This document shows, piece after piece, positions 8,791 to 17,879 of a DNA stretch of 64,000 nt. The notes under the pieces are model-generated. The model was not told the origin of the DNA. It searched no databases and saw nothing but the letters and a program-made list of their open reading frames with translations. The stretch is taken from positions 312,920 to 376,919 of the forward strand of contig CAZZBM010000001.1 of the NCBI GenBank assembly GCA_964652255.1. The letters are read 5' to 3'. The position numbers and the translations under genes were made by a program. Position 1 is the stretch's first letter; each line of letters opens with the position of its first letter. Origin of the DNA: an uncultured bacterium. Its GTDB lineage: Bacteria > Bdellovibrionota > Bacteriovoracia > Bacteriovoracales > CAZZBM01.

Positions 8791-10167
8791 TCAACTTTCT
8801 AATTCTTGAAATCTATTAAAATTATCAATAGCTTTTTGATAATCTTGATAATATTTTTCAAGAGCTTTACGATTATTAGATCCTTTTTCCCATCCTTTTC
8901 CAGCTTTATCTGCATCGTTAATTCTTAATTTTTTTTCCTTTTCAATAACATTTTTATAATTATTTTTTGCCTCATTAAAGTCTCCAGTATTTTTAGCTTT
9001 CAATAATTTGTTTCGAGCGGCTCTATTTTCATTTTCTCTATCATTCATTTCTTGGACAGGAGTTTTAGTTCCAGGTTGATTCTTAAAATACTCATCTACA
9101 TAAATAGGTGGCATAGATATCGCATTAGGTAATTCTAATTTTACACTTGATTTCTCTGTTTTCTTTTTTGGAGATGGTGTAATTGAATCTTTTGTTTTCT
9201 TAGTTTTATCTTCTTTATTAGAATTATCTTTAAGATCAACTTCTTTTTCAGAAGAACTTGAATCTTTATTAGAAGACTGTTCTTTCTTTTTTAAAAACAA
9301 TGTTTTCCCGTTAATGCAAGAATTCACAAATAATGTTTTTAAATATCCTTCTTCAAATTTTTCTATATAATCAGGGTTATAATATTTACAAGCAACCTGA
9401 TTAAATTCATCTAGATCTTTTTGAGTCATCAAAGGTCGACTTAATAATTTTTCAACATAGTTATTGGGTCCATAACCTATATTTTTATTGCAATCTTTAG
9501 CTGCTTCCAGAAAAACAGCTGCTGAATTTTTATAAAAACCATTAAAAAAATCCTGATGATCATTTTTAGTAAAATCTTCTAAAGTATAGTTTTTTGAACC
9601 TATTCTGTAACCTTCTTTATTGACATCAACATATTGAGCAAAAGATACATTCCAATGATCTCTTCTTTTTGGATAATTAGATATCTTTTTATCAGCATAA
9701 TAATAACCAAATAAATTCTTTTTTAAAGGTTGATAATTTTCAATTCCCTTGCTAATCAATTCAGCAGATTTTAGTTTCATTAATTTTTCAAAACCTTCTC
9801 TGTTAGCACAAAGAACTTGATAGTTAGGTTTCATTTTTTTAAAATCCAAACAAGCTTCATTCATGTTTTCTTTAAAAACAATAGCGCTTTTTTCCATAGA
9901 AAAAATCCTTTTTTCAGATTCATGAAAAGCTTTCAATGCAGGAAAAAACCTAGCATTTAAAAAATTCTCAATTGTACTAGAACCATTATCTGCAGAGGTG
10001 AACCATGTTTTTTTTAAAGAACAAGAACCAAGTTTTAAATCATAAAGATCAAGACTATTTGGTACACAGATACCGCTTGTATTTTTTGTATCTGTTTGAA
10101 AAACAATGGGTTCATAATTATATCCAGAATTACTTTTTAAAAAAAATACGAATAACAACATTATCAC
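8791..10167 (-). CDS. Hypothetical secreted-looking Cys-containing protein with a Lys/Ser-rich disordered linker
   Basis: 458-aa ORF with a hydrophobic N-terminus and about 7 Cys in the N-terminal 300 aa. This is followed by KKKEQSSNKDSSSSEKEVDLKDNSNKEDKTKKTKDS and then a Lys/Asn-rich helical tail. The start overlaps the upstream stop by 4 nt. Confidence 0.6.
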   Translation of the reverse strand: MIMLLFVFFLKSNSGYNYEPIVFQTDTKNTSGICVPNSLDLYDLKLGSCSLKKTWFTSADNGSSTIENFLNARFFPALKAFHESEKRIFSMEKSAIVFKENMNEACLDFKKMKPNYQVLCANREGFEKLMKLKSAELISKGIENYQPLKKNLFGYYYADKKISNYPKRRDHWNVSFAQYVDVNKEGYRIGSKNYTLEDFTKNDHQDFFNGFYKNSAAVFLEAAKDCNKNIGYGPNNYVEKLLSRPLMTQKDLDEFNQVACKYYNPDYIEKFEEGYLKTLFVNSCINGKTLFLKKKEQSSNKDSSSSEKEVDLKDNSNKEDKTKKTKDSITPSPKKKTEKSSVKLELPNAISMPPIYVDEYFKNQPGTKTPVQEMNDRENENRAARNKLLKAKNTGDFNEAKNNYKNVIEKEKKLRINDADKAGKGWEKGSNNRKALEKYYQDYQKAIDNFNRFQELES

Positions 10168-11678
10168 TCCTCAAAAATATCTATAGGTCTATTGGATTGA
10201 TTTAATCCTTGATTGAAATTATTAAAAAAAGAATTAGTTCTTTCAAATATATTAGGTTGAGGGTAAGGACCAGGTGTAAAAACAGGAACGCCTGTAGGCG
10301 TATAAAATCCAGGATAAGCAAAAGGACTAGGATAGGGATTAGAAGGCATAAAATAAGGATTAATTCCGTAATCTATAGGTCCATAGAAATAATTATTTAT
10401 AACTGTTGTTCCAGGAATTAATCCCGTTGGTCTTGGCTGAGGAATTTCTTCTGGTTTTGGAGGTTGAGGTGTAGGAGAATTTTCATTTTTTGTCATTAAG
10501 TCTTTAATAGCTTGTTGCAGTTCTGCTATTTGTTTTTTTAAATCATCAATAACACTTGTTTCTTCTGGCTTCACAGTAGGAGTAGGAGTAGGAGTAGGAG
10601 TAGGAGTAGGAGCAGGAGTAGGAGTAGGAGTAGGAGTAGGAGTAGGAGCAGGAGTTAATTGACATAGAGTGTTTGCTTTATCTTGAAGCAAGTTATAAAC
10701 AGTTTTATTATTAATTTTATTAGACCATAAAGAAGTAGAATAGTTTGAACCTACGGACTCTTTAGCTAATTTTTTTTGAGGTTGATTTGTATAAGTATTT
10801 ATTGTTTTTTCATCGGGAAGGTACTTCAAAGCTTTCTGATAATAAGTTAAATCTGACATCAAATGTTGTTGCCCTAAAATAAAGCTTAATTTGTTTTTAG
10901 AGTTATCACCAGAGCAAAATATTTTTTTTAAACTTTGATCATCTATGACTTTTTCTAAAGTCATAGATGTGGACATCACCTGAGCACATCTATTTAAAGA
11001 TTCAGCTAAAATCACTGGTGACTCCATAAGTGCTTTTTGAACTTGTTTAAAGACTATTGGAGAGAGATTTTGCGATTGATTATTTGTTGTCTTAAACATT
11101 CTATCAACATCTTTGCTAAACAAATATCCTTTTAAGTGATTTTTAATCAATTCTTCTGGATCAACATCTTGAGAATCAATAGAGCAGCTCTTTGCACCAG
11201 CAGCAATAACTTCTATGGCAACTAAGTTCATAACAGTATTTTTAAATAATGCAGGATCACTACAAACATTGTTTGATTTTATAATGGGACCCAAGCTTGG
11301 GTCAATACAACCATCATATAAAGAACTTATACGTTGACAACGCTTTTGAGGTTTATTTCTAGGCAATGACTCAAAAACAAGAGAGCCTAAAACACTTAAA
11401 TAATCATTAGTATATGTTTGATATTCAGAGAAAGAAAGATAATCTTTGCAATTAAAAGAATTTGCTGAATATAATGGACCCTGAGGAGGGCAGTTCAACT
11501 GAGTTAAATCTAGTTGAACATCTATCTGTGAAGATGCAACTTGAGATGGTGCAGTTGGAGAATTACAGGTAGAGCCAGGACAAAAACTCCCTTCTAAGGG
11601 AAAACTATTCGCTCTTTCTTGTTTTGAAACAAAAGAAGATAGATTAGAAAAAAGTAAGAACACAACAATGTTCAACAT
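10164..11678 (-). CDS. Hypothetical secreted-looking Cys-rich protein with a (Pro-Thr)n linker and a Pro/Tyr/Phe-rich tail
   Basis: 504-aa ORF with a hydrophobic N-terminus and about 11 Cys in the first 340 aa. It continues with TPAPTPTPTPTPTPAPTPTPTPTPTPT, a short coiled coil (DDLKKQIAELQQAIKDL), PQPPKPEEIPQPRP and an aromatic/Pro tail. Confidence 0.65.
   Translation of the reverse strand: MLNIVVFLLFSNLSSFVSKQERANSFPLEGSFCPGSTCNSPTAPSQVASSQIDVQLDLTQLNCPPQGPLYSANSFNCKDYLSFSEYQTYTNDYLSVLGSLVFESLPRNKPQKRCQRISSLYDGCIDPSLGPIIKSNNVCSDPALFKNTVMNLVAIEVIAAGAKSCSIDSQDVDPEELIKNHLKGYLFSKDVDRMFKTTNNQSQNLSPIVFKQVQKALMESPVILAESLNRCAQVMSTSMTLEKVIDDQSLKKIFCSGDNSKNKLSFILGQQHLMSDLTYYQKALKYLPDEKTINTYTNQPQKKLAKESVGSNYSTSLWSNKINNKTVYNLLQDKANTLCQLTPAPTPTPTPTPTPAPTPTPTPTPTPTVKPEETSVIDDLKKQIAELQQAIKDLMTKNENSPTPQPPKPEEIPQPRPTGLIPGTTVINNYFYGPIDYGINPYFMPSNPYPSPFAYPGFYTPTGVPVFTPGPYPQPNIFERTNSFFNNFNQGLNQSNRPIDIFEE
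10575..10655. repeat. Tandem hexanucleotide repeat (agtagg x11, interrupted by two agcagg units), 81 bp, encoding (PT)n/(PA)
   Basis: Counted directly: six agtagg, agcagg, five agtagg, agcagg, agt. It is in frame within CDS 10164..11678. Confidence 0.95.
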
Positions 11679-11684
11679 AAATTA

Positions 11685-12335
11685 TTATTCGTCTTTTTCA
11701 GAAAAAAAGCAAAATTCAAGATTATCTGTAGGCAAGATTTTCTCCTTAAGTTTATTGTTTTTAGAATAAAAGTAGGGTTCAAAGTGAGAAGATGGAACAT
11801 AGAAGAGATCTTTTGTCATAAAATTTTTAAAAAAACGTCTTTCAAAGAAACCAAAATCTTGAATTTTTTTTTGAGAAAATTTAATAATAATAATAAGATC
11901 ATAAGAGTGAAGATCAAAATGAGTAAATCTTAGGTATCTTTCTAGAGGGAGAATCTTAACTTTTTTTTGATCTAAAAAATAAGAATAACTATCTTGAAAA
12001 TCATTTTTTTTTTTTATTAAACCAAAGAGATATCTATAAGAATAATCCAAGTTTTGATTTAACTCATAGGCTTTTTTAAAAGACAAAAAAAAAGATGTTT
12101 TTAAGTTTATATTTTTTATTATGAATTTTTCTTCACACCATCTTAAAAAAAAATCTTTTAATCCTTCTTCTAAGGTGAGCTGAATGTAATTCATTTTAAA
12201 AAGATCTACAATTTGATAATTTGTTTCACTGAGAGGTAAAAAATTCTTCAAATTTTCAGCAACAATAAAAAAAGATTCATCTTGATAATTTTTTTTATAA
12301 GAGGGTTTAAAGTTTAAAATGAGATTTTCTATCAT
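11685..12335 (-). CDS. Hypothetical cytoplasmic protein
   Basis: 216-aa ORF. Its start overlaps the acyl-CoA dehydrogenase stop by 4 nt. No recognisable motif. Confidence 0.55.
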   Translation of the reverse strand: MIENLILNFKPSYKKNYQDESFFIVAENLKNFLPLSETNYQIVDLFKMNYIQLTLEEGLKDFFLRWCEEKFIIKNINLKTSFFLSFKKAYELNQNLDYSYRYLFGLIKKKNDFQDSYSYFLDQKKVKILPLERYLRFTHFDLHSYDLIIIIKFSQKKIQDFGFFERRFFKNFMTKDLFYVPSSHFEPYFYSKNNKLKEKILPTDNLEFCFFSEKDE

Positions 12336-13804
12336 CCTAAAATTTTCTTGCTCAAAGAAGCTGTTTCCGAAAAATGGTATCTCATAAAAAAGGCATCTTT
12401 ATGCATGAGTGAACCTAAAGCTAAGTAAGAAAAATACCTTAAAGCATCTAAAGAAGAACTTAAATCTTGAGTTGTTAAATATTTTTTTAAAATCATCTCT
12501 CCTACCTCAAAAGATTCTTTTAAAGACTCTTGGTGAAATTCTTTTTTAAAAAGATAAAAAAGCTCTCCCTGATTATAAATTAACTTTCTAGTGATAAAAT
12601 CGTGAGCCTGAATACCATTAGTTCCTTCATAAATCATAGCAATTCTACTATCTCTTAAAACTTGAGCTATAGGATATTCTTCCATATAACCATAGCCTCC
12701 AAAGATCTGAAGAGCATCACTAGATAAAAGAAATCCTTGCTCTGTGCAAAAAGCTTTAAGTAAAGGTGTTAAAAAATCTAAAAGAGATTTTTTATTCTTA
12801 TCTTCTAATAAAGAAGCAGTTTTTAATAACCATAATCTCATGGCTGTAACCATGCTTTCAATTTTTTGCAGGTGATATTTTACATCATCATGTTCTTTAA
12901 TAGGTTTTTTAAATTGAATTCTTTCTTGAGCATATTTTTGAGCTAATTCTAGAGCACAGGCAGCAATGCCCTCCCCTTGAACAGCACAATAAATTCTTGC
13001 TTCATTCATCATTAAAAACATTTGTTTTAATCCTTGGAACTCTTCTCCTATTAAAAAACCTTTAGTTTCTCCTTGATGAGAAAACACAAGTTCACAAGTA
13101 GGAGAATGTGCCAAGCCCATTTTATGTTCTAATTTGGCACAATGAATAAAATTACTTTGTCCTTTTAAAAATTTAGGAACTAAAAACAAAGAAATACCCT
13201 TTGTCCCTTCTTTTTTTAAACCTTCAGGGGTTTTAGCTAGAACAAAATGAATAATGTTGTCATAAAGATTATGATCTCCTCCTGAAATAAAAATTTTTTG
13301 ACCTTCAATTTTATATGAACCATCTTTATAAGTAGCTTTAGTTTTAATCTCAGAAAGATCACTTCCTGCTTGAGATTCTGTAAGGCACATAGTTCCAGAA
13401 GCTTTTCCTTCAATCATCAGAGGAAGATATTCTTTTTTTAACTCTTCAGATCCATAAGCTTTAAGTAATCTAATAGCTGATCTTGTTAAAGCCGGAAAAA
13501 GAGACCAAGAAAGATGGGCTTTGGTCATCAAAGAAGTCATAGCAATTAAAAAAGGCTCTGACACAGCCATTCCTCCATAATTTTCTTCTTGACCCAAGTG
13601 AAAAAAACCCAACCTATGAAACTCTTCAAGACTTGCTTTAAATTCAGAAGAGAAAATAACTTTTCCTCCTTGATATTCTGGCTTAAAACCCTCTCCTCTT
13701 AAAGGAATTAAATATTTATCCAAATACTCTTGAAAACTTTTTAATAAATCAATCTGATCTTCACTAATTTCATGACTTTTCAGATATTGAGTATAAAAAT
13801 CCAT
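12332..13804 (-). CDS. Acyl-CoA dehydrogenase family protein
   Basis: Motifs CLTESQAGSDLSEIKT, GQKIFISGGDH and IAMIYEGTNGIQAHDF are typical of the ACAD middle and C-terminal domains. Confidence 0.88.
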   Translation of the reverse strand: MDFYTQYLKSHEISEDQIDLLKSFQEYLDKYLIPLRGEGFKPEYQGGKVIFSSEFKASLEEFHRLGFFHLGQEENYGGMAVSEPFLIAMTSLMTKAHLSWSLFPALTRSAIRLLKAYGSEELKKEYLPLMIEGKASGTMCLTESQAGSDLSEIKTKATYKDGSYKIEGQKIFISGGDHNLYDNIIHFVLAKTPEGLKKEGTKGISLFLVPKFLKGQSNFIHCAKLEHKMGLAHSPTCELVFSHQGETKGFLIGEEFQGLKQMFLMMNEARIYCAVQGEGIAACALELAQKYAQERIQFKKPIKEHDDVKYHLQKIESMVTAMRLWLLKTASLLEDKNKKSLLDFLTPLLKAFCTEQGFLLSSDALQIFGGYGYMEEYPIAQVLRDSRIAMIYEGTNGIQAHDFITRKLIYNQGELFYLFKKEFHQESLKESFEVGEMILKKYLTTQDLSSSLDALRYFSYLALGSLMHKDAFFMRYHFSETASLSKKILG

Positions 13805-14050
13805 CTCTTTAATTCTAAAAAGATTTTCTAGAAGTGACTAGTTTTTGTTTTTTTTACATTACTATTGTCTTGATCTATTTATTGATATAAGAATTATTGC
13901 TTATTTTAATTTAATTTTAATTTAGACAATAGATACTTTATCTCTTTTGTAAAATGTATTTTTCAACTTTAGAAATATCTTTGTTAAAATTAAATAATCC
14001 ATAATACCTCTTTTTTGTACATATTCATAGTTTTTGATTATAAAAAGACT

Positions 14051-14635
14051 ATGAATATCAAAGATATTTTTTACAATAACAGACAATGGGTTAAGAAAAA
14101 ACTTCTTCAAGACAAGAACTATTTTCATAAGCTATCAAAAAATCAACAACCTAAAATTCTCTATTTTGGTTGTTCTGATAGCAGAGTCACAGCAGAAGAA
14201 CTTATGGGAGCCCAACCTGGACAAATTTTTGTTCACAGAAATATTGCCAACCTTCTTCCCAGTGAAGATTCAAGCTCACAAAGTGTTTTAGAATTTGCTG
14301 TTAAGGTTTTAGAAGTAGACCATATTATTGTTTGTGGACACTATGAATGTGGTGGAATTCAAGCTTCTTTTAAAAAAACATCTTTTAAAAGAGTTCATCA
14401 ATGGATTAATCCCTTGAAAAATCTAATCAAGACCTATAGAAAAGATTTGAAAACTTTTAAATCTCAACAAGAAAAAGAAGATTTTGTAGTCAGGATGAAT
14501 ATTCTTTCTCAATGTGAATCTCTTTTAAAATCAAAAATTATACAAGAATCAAGAAAAAAAAGAAAACTACCAAAAATTCATGGTTGGATTTTTAATGTAA
14601 GAACAGGTTTTTTATTAGATCTATTCTTTAAGTAG
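14051..14635 (+). CDS. can: Beta-class carbonic anhydrase
   Basis: Zinc and active-site motifs CSDSRV, HRNIAN and VCGHYECGG. The track start at 14015 is a TTG that adds a hydrophobic 12-aa extension. The ATG at 14051 (MNIKDIFYNNRQWV) matches the family N-terminus. Confidence 0.9.
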   Translation: MNIKDIFYNNRQWVKKKLLQDKNYFHKLSKNQQPKILYFGCSDSRVTAEELMGAQPGQIFVHRNIANLLPSEDSSSQSVLEFAVKVLEVDHIIVCGHYECGGIQASFKKTSFKRVHQWINPLKNLIKTYRKDLKTFKSQQEKEDFVVRMNILSQCESLLKSKIIQESRKKRKLPKIHGWIFNVRTGFLLDLFFK

Positions 14636-14861
14636 AAATTCAATGCCACAAAGAAAAAAGTAATGCCTGAATTTTAGAAGTAATTTTCAAGGCTTAATTA
14701 CCTTAATAAGAAATATATTTTTGAATAAAATTTTCTCTTATGAGTTTTTCAAGCTCTATAATTTTTTTTGTTAAACTATCTAGAAACGTGAATGTATCTA
14801 CAAAAAGTTTGTTTTAAGAATTTCTTTGTTAAAGGCTTTTATTTTTTAACTACTAAAAAGC

Positions 14862-14938
<77 letters not shown>

Positions 14939-14943
14939 AGGTG

Positions 14944-14972
14944 ATCCTAGATAAAAAAATCAATATTGTCAA
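14944..14972 (-). promoter_or_regulatory. Candidate sigma70-type promoter for the initiator tRNA
   Basis: On the minus strand: TTGACA (14972-14967), a 17-nt spacer, then TAGGAT (14949-14944), ending 5 nt before the mature tRNA 5' end. By-eye prediction in AT-rich DNA. Confidence 0.4.
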
Positions 14973-14990
14973 CGAGTAAACTCTTTTTAT

Positions 14991-15698
14991 TTAATTCAAT
15001 AATTGTTCTACTTGTTTTTTATCTAAGAAAGCATAGTCTCCTGGTTTTAAACTACCAAGATGTAATTTATGAATAGAAGTTCTTTTTAATCGATCAATTT
15101 CTAAATCAAAAGCTTCACAAAGACGACGAATCTCTCTGTTTTTTCCTTCCATCAGTTGAATTTGAAGCCAAGTCTTATTCAGAAGATATTTTAAAATCTT
15201 AACACTTGTAGGTTTTAAAAGTTCATTTTGATCAATAATCCCTTTTTCTATTTTTGAAGCTAACGATTGAGAAATTTTTCCAAAAACTTTCACTTCATAG
15301 GTTTTTAAAACTCCGTGAGAAGGATGAGTCATCTTTTGACAAAATTCACCATCATTAGTGATAAGAATCAGTCCTTCTGAATGATAATCTAGGCGTCCTA
15401 CATGAAAAAGTCTTTCACGAAGCTTTGGTAGATAATCATAAATAGTTGTTCTTCCCTCGGGATCAGAATGAGTCGTGACACAAGCTCTTGGTTTATGAAA
15501 AGCAATATATTTCTTTTCAAAATGATCTGGATAAAGATACTGACCATTTAAACTCACTAGATCTTCACTGAGATTCACCTTAGTAGCTAAATCAGTGACC
15601 TTTTTGCCATTAATTTTCACCTGTCCCTGCAGAATAAATTCTTCAGCTTTTCTTCTAGAGGTCTGCCCAAAAGAGGCTAAAAATCTATTTAATCGCAT
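14991..15698 (-). CDS. rluB: Pseudouridine synthase, RsuA/RluB family
   Basis: N-terminal S4 domain (MRLNRFLA..RRKAEEFILQGQVKINGK) and catalytic motif HVGRLDYHSEGLILITNDGEF. Confidence 0.88.
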   Translation of the reverse strand: MRLNRFLASFGQTSRRKAEEFILQGQVKINGKKVTDLATKVNLSEDLVSLNGQYLYPDHFEKKYIAFHKPRACVTTHSDPEGRTTIYDYLPKLRERLFHVGRLDYHSEGLILITNDGEFCQKMTHPSHGVLKTYEVKVFGKISQSLASKIEKGIIDQNELLKPTSVKILKYLLNKTWLQIQLMEGKNREIRRLCEAFDLEIDRLKRTSIHKLHLGSLKPGDYAFLDKKQVEQLLN

Positions 15699-15739
15699 AA
15701 AAGGACTCCTAACATAAAAAAATCTTCTTTTGGAAGGGG

Positions 15740-16510
15740 TTAAGTGAAATTTTCTTCAGTTTGAAGTGATAAACGGTTCTGCAAAATGACTTCTTGCTTC
15801 AAAAGATACTGCTCTAAGGCTTCAAAAGCCCCTTTTTGTTTCATTTCCTTGGTGAGATCTGTCTCAAGAATCCTTTCTTTGACTAAATTTTCTAATTTTG
15901 AGGTATCTAGTGCTCCTTCTTCGAACAAAGGATCACTTTTGAGTCCAATAAGATTTTTTAAGCCCTCTTGTTGTTCTATAAGCCTACTATCTACAAGCTC
16001 TTCTACTTCTTGCTCTGAAGGAAGATCTTCTAGGGATCTTAACTGAAAAAAATCTAAAAAATCAGCAGTTGTTTCATAGGAGAGTTGTTGAGATTTAGCT
16101 GTTTGAATCATTCTTTTCTCAAGAAGAACTCTTAAAAGATAAGATGAATCCACCCCTCGAATCTGATCTAGCTCTGTTTTAAGCAAAGGTTGTTTGTAAG
16201 CAATCAAAGATAAAACTTCTAAAGCCGCTGGAGTGAGATTTAATTTAGGCTTAGTATAAAATTTAGTAAGAATTTCATGAAATTCTTTTTTAGTTTTTAG
16301 TTGATATCCTAAGGAAGATTGTTGAAGAAAAAAACCACGATCTTCTTGTAATAAAATTTGTTCATAATCTTTAAGAAGTTCCTCTAAAAGAGATACAGGT
16401 ATTTTTTGATCTATAAGAGTGAAAATTTTCTCTAGAGTTAAAGGTTTATCTGCTACAAAAAAAATTGCTTCTAAAAGAGCAATTTGTTGTTGATTTTTTT
16501 CTACAATCAT
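15740..16510 (-). CDS. scpB: Segregation and condensation protein B
   Basis: ScpB winged-helix patterns (LEAIFFVADKPLTLEKI; ALEVLSLIAYKQPLLKTELDQIRGV). Start overlaps the scpA stop. Has an acidic C-terminal extension. Confidence 0.8.
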   Translation of the reverse strand: MIVEKNQQQIALLEAIFFVADKPLTLEKIFTLIDQKIPVSLLEELLKDYEQILLQEDRGFFLQQSSLGYQLKTKKEFHEILTKFYTKPKLNLTPAALEVLSLIAYKQPLLKTELDQIRGVDSSYLLRVLLEKRMIQTAKSQQLSYETTADFLDFFQLRSLEDLPSEQEVEELVDSRLIEQQEGLKNLIGLKSDPLFEEGALDTSKLENLVKERILETDLTKEMKQKGAFEALEQYLLKQEVILQNRLSLQTEENFT

Positions 16511-17181
16511 AAAGACTCCAAATAAAGAGGATCTTCTTTTTTCAATCCTTGATAAAGATGTAGTATTTTTAACTTAGCCATTTCTAAAACAGCCATAAAA
16601 GAAAGAACTACAGGAGATCCCTTTAAGTCTTTAAAAGAAAGAGGGGATTCTTGTTGAACTTGAGTAAGAATTTCTTGAGATACTTCTTCTAAATTTTTTT
16701 CATCTAATTTAACGTATTTAAAAACTTTCTTCTCTCTCGCTTTAAATTCAATAAAAGATTCTAAAAGAAGATCTAAGGGTAAAATTCCCTCTAATTCTGA
16801 TTGCAGTTCTTTTCTTTTAGAAGATAAAGGAGGATGTAAATAATATTCATAATAGTTTTTATCTAAATTCCAAAGTTTTCTTCCAAGATCTTGATATTTT
16901 TTTAAGATTTCTAACTGAGCTATAAGATCATCAGCAGCACTCTCTTTTTTATCTGTAAAAAGTTTTTGTTCAGAACGAAGAAAAACTAAAGTTGTTGCCA
17001 TATGTAAAAAATCAGCTAAAAGATCAAAATTAAGATCTTTCATTTTTTTTAAATACTGCAAATACAGTTGAGTTAATTGAGGAAGATTGATTTTACGAAG
17101 TTCCAACTGATTTTTTTCTACAAGATAAAGTAAAAGATTTAAAGGACCATCAAACTGGTCAATGGTGACTAAGAGTTCCAT
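16507..17181 (-). CDS. scpA: Segregation and condensation protein A
   Basis: N-terminal FDGPLNLLLYLVEKNQLELRKINL signature. Adjacent to scpB. Confidence 0.85.
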   Translation of the reverse strand: MELLVTIDQFDGPLNLLLYLVEKNQLELRKINLPQLTQLYLQYLKKMKDLNFDLLADFLHMATTLVFLRSEQKLFTDKKESAADDLIAQLEILKKYQDLGRKLWNLDKNYYEYYLHPPLSSKRKELQSELEGILPLDLLLESFIEFKAREKKVFKYVKLDEKNLEEVSQEILTQVQQESPLSFKDLKGSPVVLSFMAVLEMAKLKILHLYQGLKKEDPLYLESL

Positions 17182-17822
17182 AAAATCACTTTATAAAAAA
17201 AAGCATTGAAAAATTGTAAACAATAATGAGCTGGTTTAGTAATAAGGTAACCTAAAATAGGAAGCCCTAAAAAACTTAAGAAAAAAAAAGCTAAAAAAAT
17301 ATGAGGAGCGTAAAGAATAAGATTATAGACAAATCTTTCATATTTTTTTTCTAAAAAAGTACTGAGTAAAAAAAAACCATCTAAAGGAGGAAGAGGTAGA
17401 AGGTTAAAAAAAAGAGAAAGAAAATTCATAAAAGTAGTATACTGTAAAAACTCTAAAACTAGAGAAGAAGCTTGAAACTTTAAAGCTAAAACACCTAAAA
17501 AAGAAAAAAGAACTCCTAAAAAAAAGTTCATCAAAGGACCAGCTAGATAAATTAGAAAGAGATCAAATCTATTTTTTAATAAATAAGTCTTAGGTACCAA
17601 AGGCTTACCCCAGCCAAAGAGAAAGCCACCTAGCTTAAGATTTAAAAGAGGGATTAAGACAGATCCCCAGAGCTCTAAATGAACCATGGGATTAAGGGTC
17701 ATCCTTTCTTTAGCTGTATGATCTCCTCTAAGATAAGCCATGAGAGCATGAGCGTATTCATGAAGAATAATGGTTAAGAGAAAACCTGGAAGCATGAGAG
17801 CTAAGCTTTGAGTAAAAGACAT
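17169..17822 (-). CDS. Site-2 protease family (peptidase M50) membrane metalloprotease
   Basis: HExxH within a TM helix (ILHEYAHALMA) and a second M50 motif (NLLPLPPLDG). Multi-pass protein. Confidence 0.75.
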   Translation of the reverse strand: MSFTQSLALMLPGFLLTIILHEYAHALMAYLRGDHTAKERMTLNPMVHLELWGSVLIPLLNLKLGGFLFGWGKPLVPKTYLLKNRFDLFLIYLAGPLMNFFLGVLFSFLGVLALKFQASSLVLEFLQYTTFMNFLSLFFNLLPLPPLDGFFLLSTFLEKKYERFVYNLILYAPHIFLAFFFLSFLGLPILGYLITKPAHYCLQFFNAFFYKVILWNS

Positions 17823-17879
17823 CTTTCCTTATTTACCAAAATATTTTCAAGGATAAAAGGTCTATGCTAAAGATTCATC

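Noticed and set aside
10005-10421. ORFs 10005-10205 and 10209-10421 (+), opposite the two secreted-looking protein genes.
   Set aside because: Their Arg/Ile-rich translation is an artefact of reading the Pro/Tyr-rich and Lys-rich minus-strand genes backwards. The minus-strand ORFs are much longer and are translationally coupled.
10575-10655. Regular short repeats considered as a possible CRISPR-like or non-coding array.
   Set aside because: The 6-nt unit has no spacers, is in frame within a long ORF and encodes Pro-Thr. It is a coding microsatellite.
11160-11190. The KSCSIDSQD segment in the 504-aa secreted-looking protein echoes the NCSIDGE motif of the small proteins.
   Set aside because: Only four residues (CSID) are shared, in a different context: an internal position with no TM or acidic tail. 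That is too short to distinguish from chance.
12004-12015. Long A/T homopolymers inside coding regions (T12 at 12004-12015, T11 near 34416-34426, several A8-A10 in the SNF2 gene), considered as phase-variation switches.
   Set aside because: They encode poly-Lys or Phe runs, which are expected at this AT content and are found throughout housekeeping genes. Nothing singles them out without population data.
13922-14128. 68-aa minus-strand ORF, and the TTG-initiated 12-aa N-terminal extension of the carbonic anhydrase (14015-14050).
   Set aside because: The ORF overlaps the carbonic anhydrase start and the divergent promoter region and has no motif. The family N-terminus begins at the ATG at 14051. 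A possible TTGTAC-18 nt-TATAAA promoter at 14015-14044 would in fact lie within the supposed extension.
14636-14861. 226-bp non-coding stretch downstream of the tRNA, inspected for an ncRNA (SRP RNA, tmRNA, 6S) or a decayed ORF.
   Set aside because: No conserved ncRNA motif that I can recognise. Only weak AT-only stems (for example gtaatt/aattac). All six frames are riddled with stops. It cannot be called from sequence alone.
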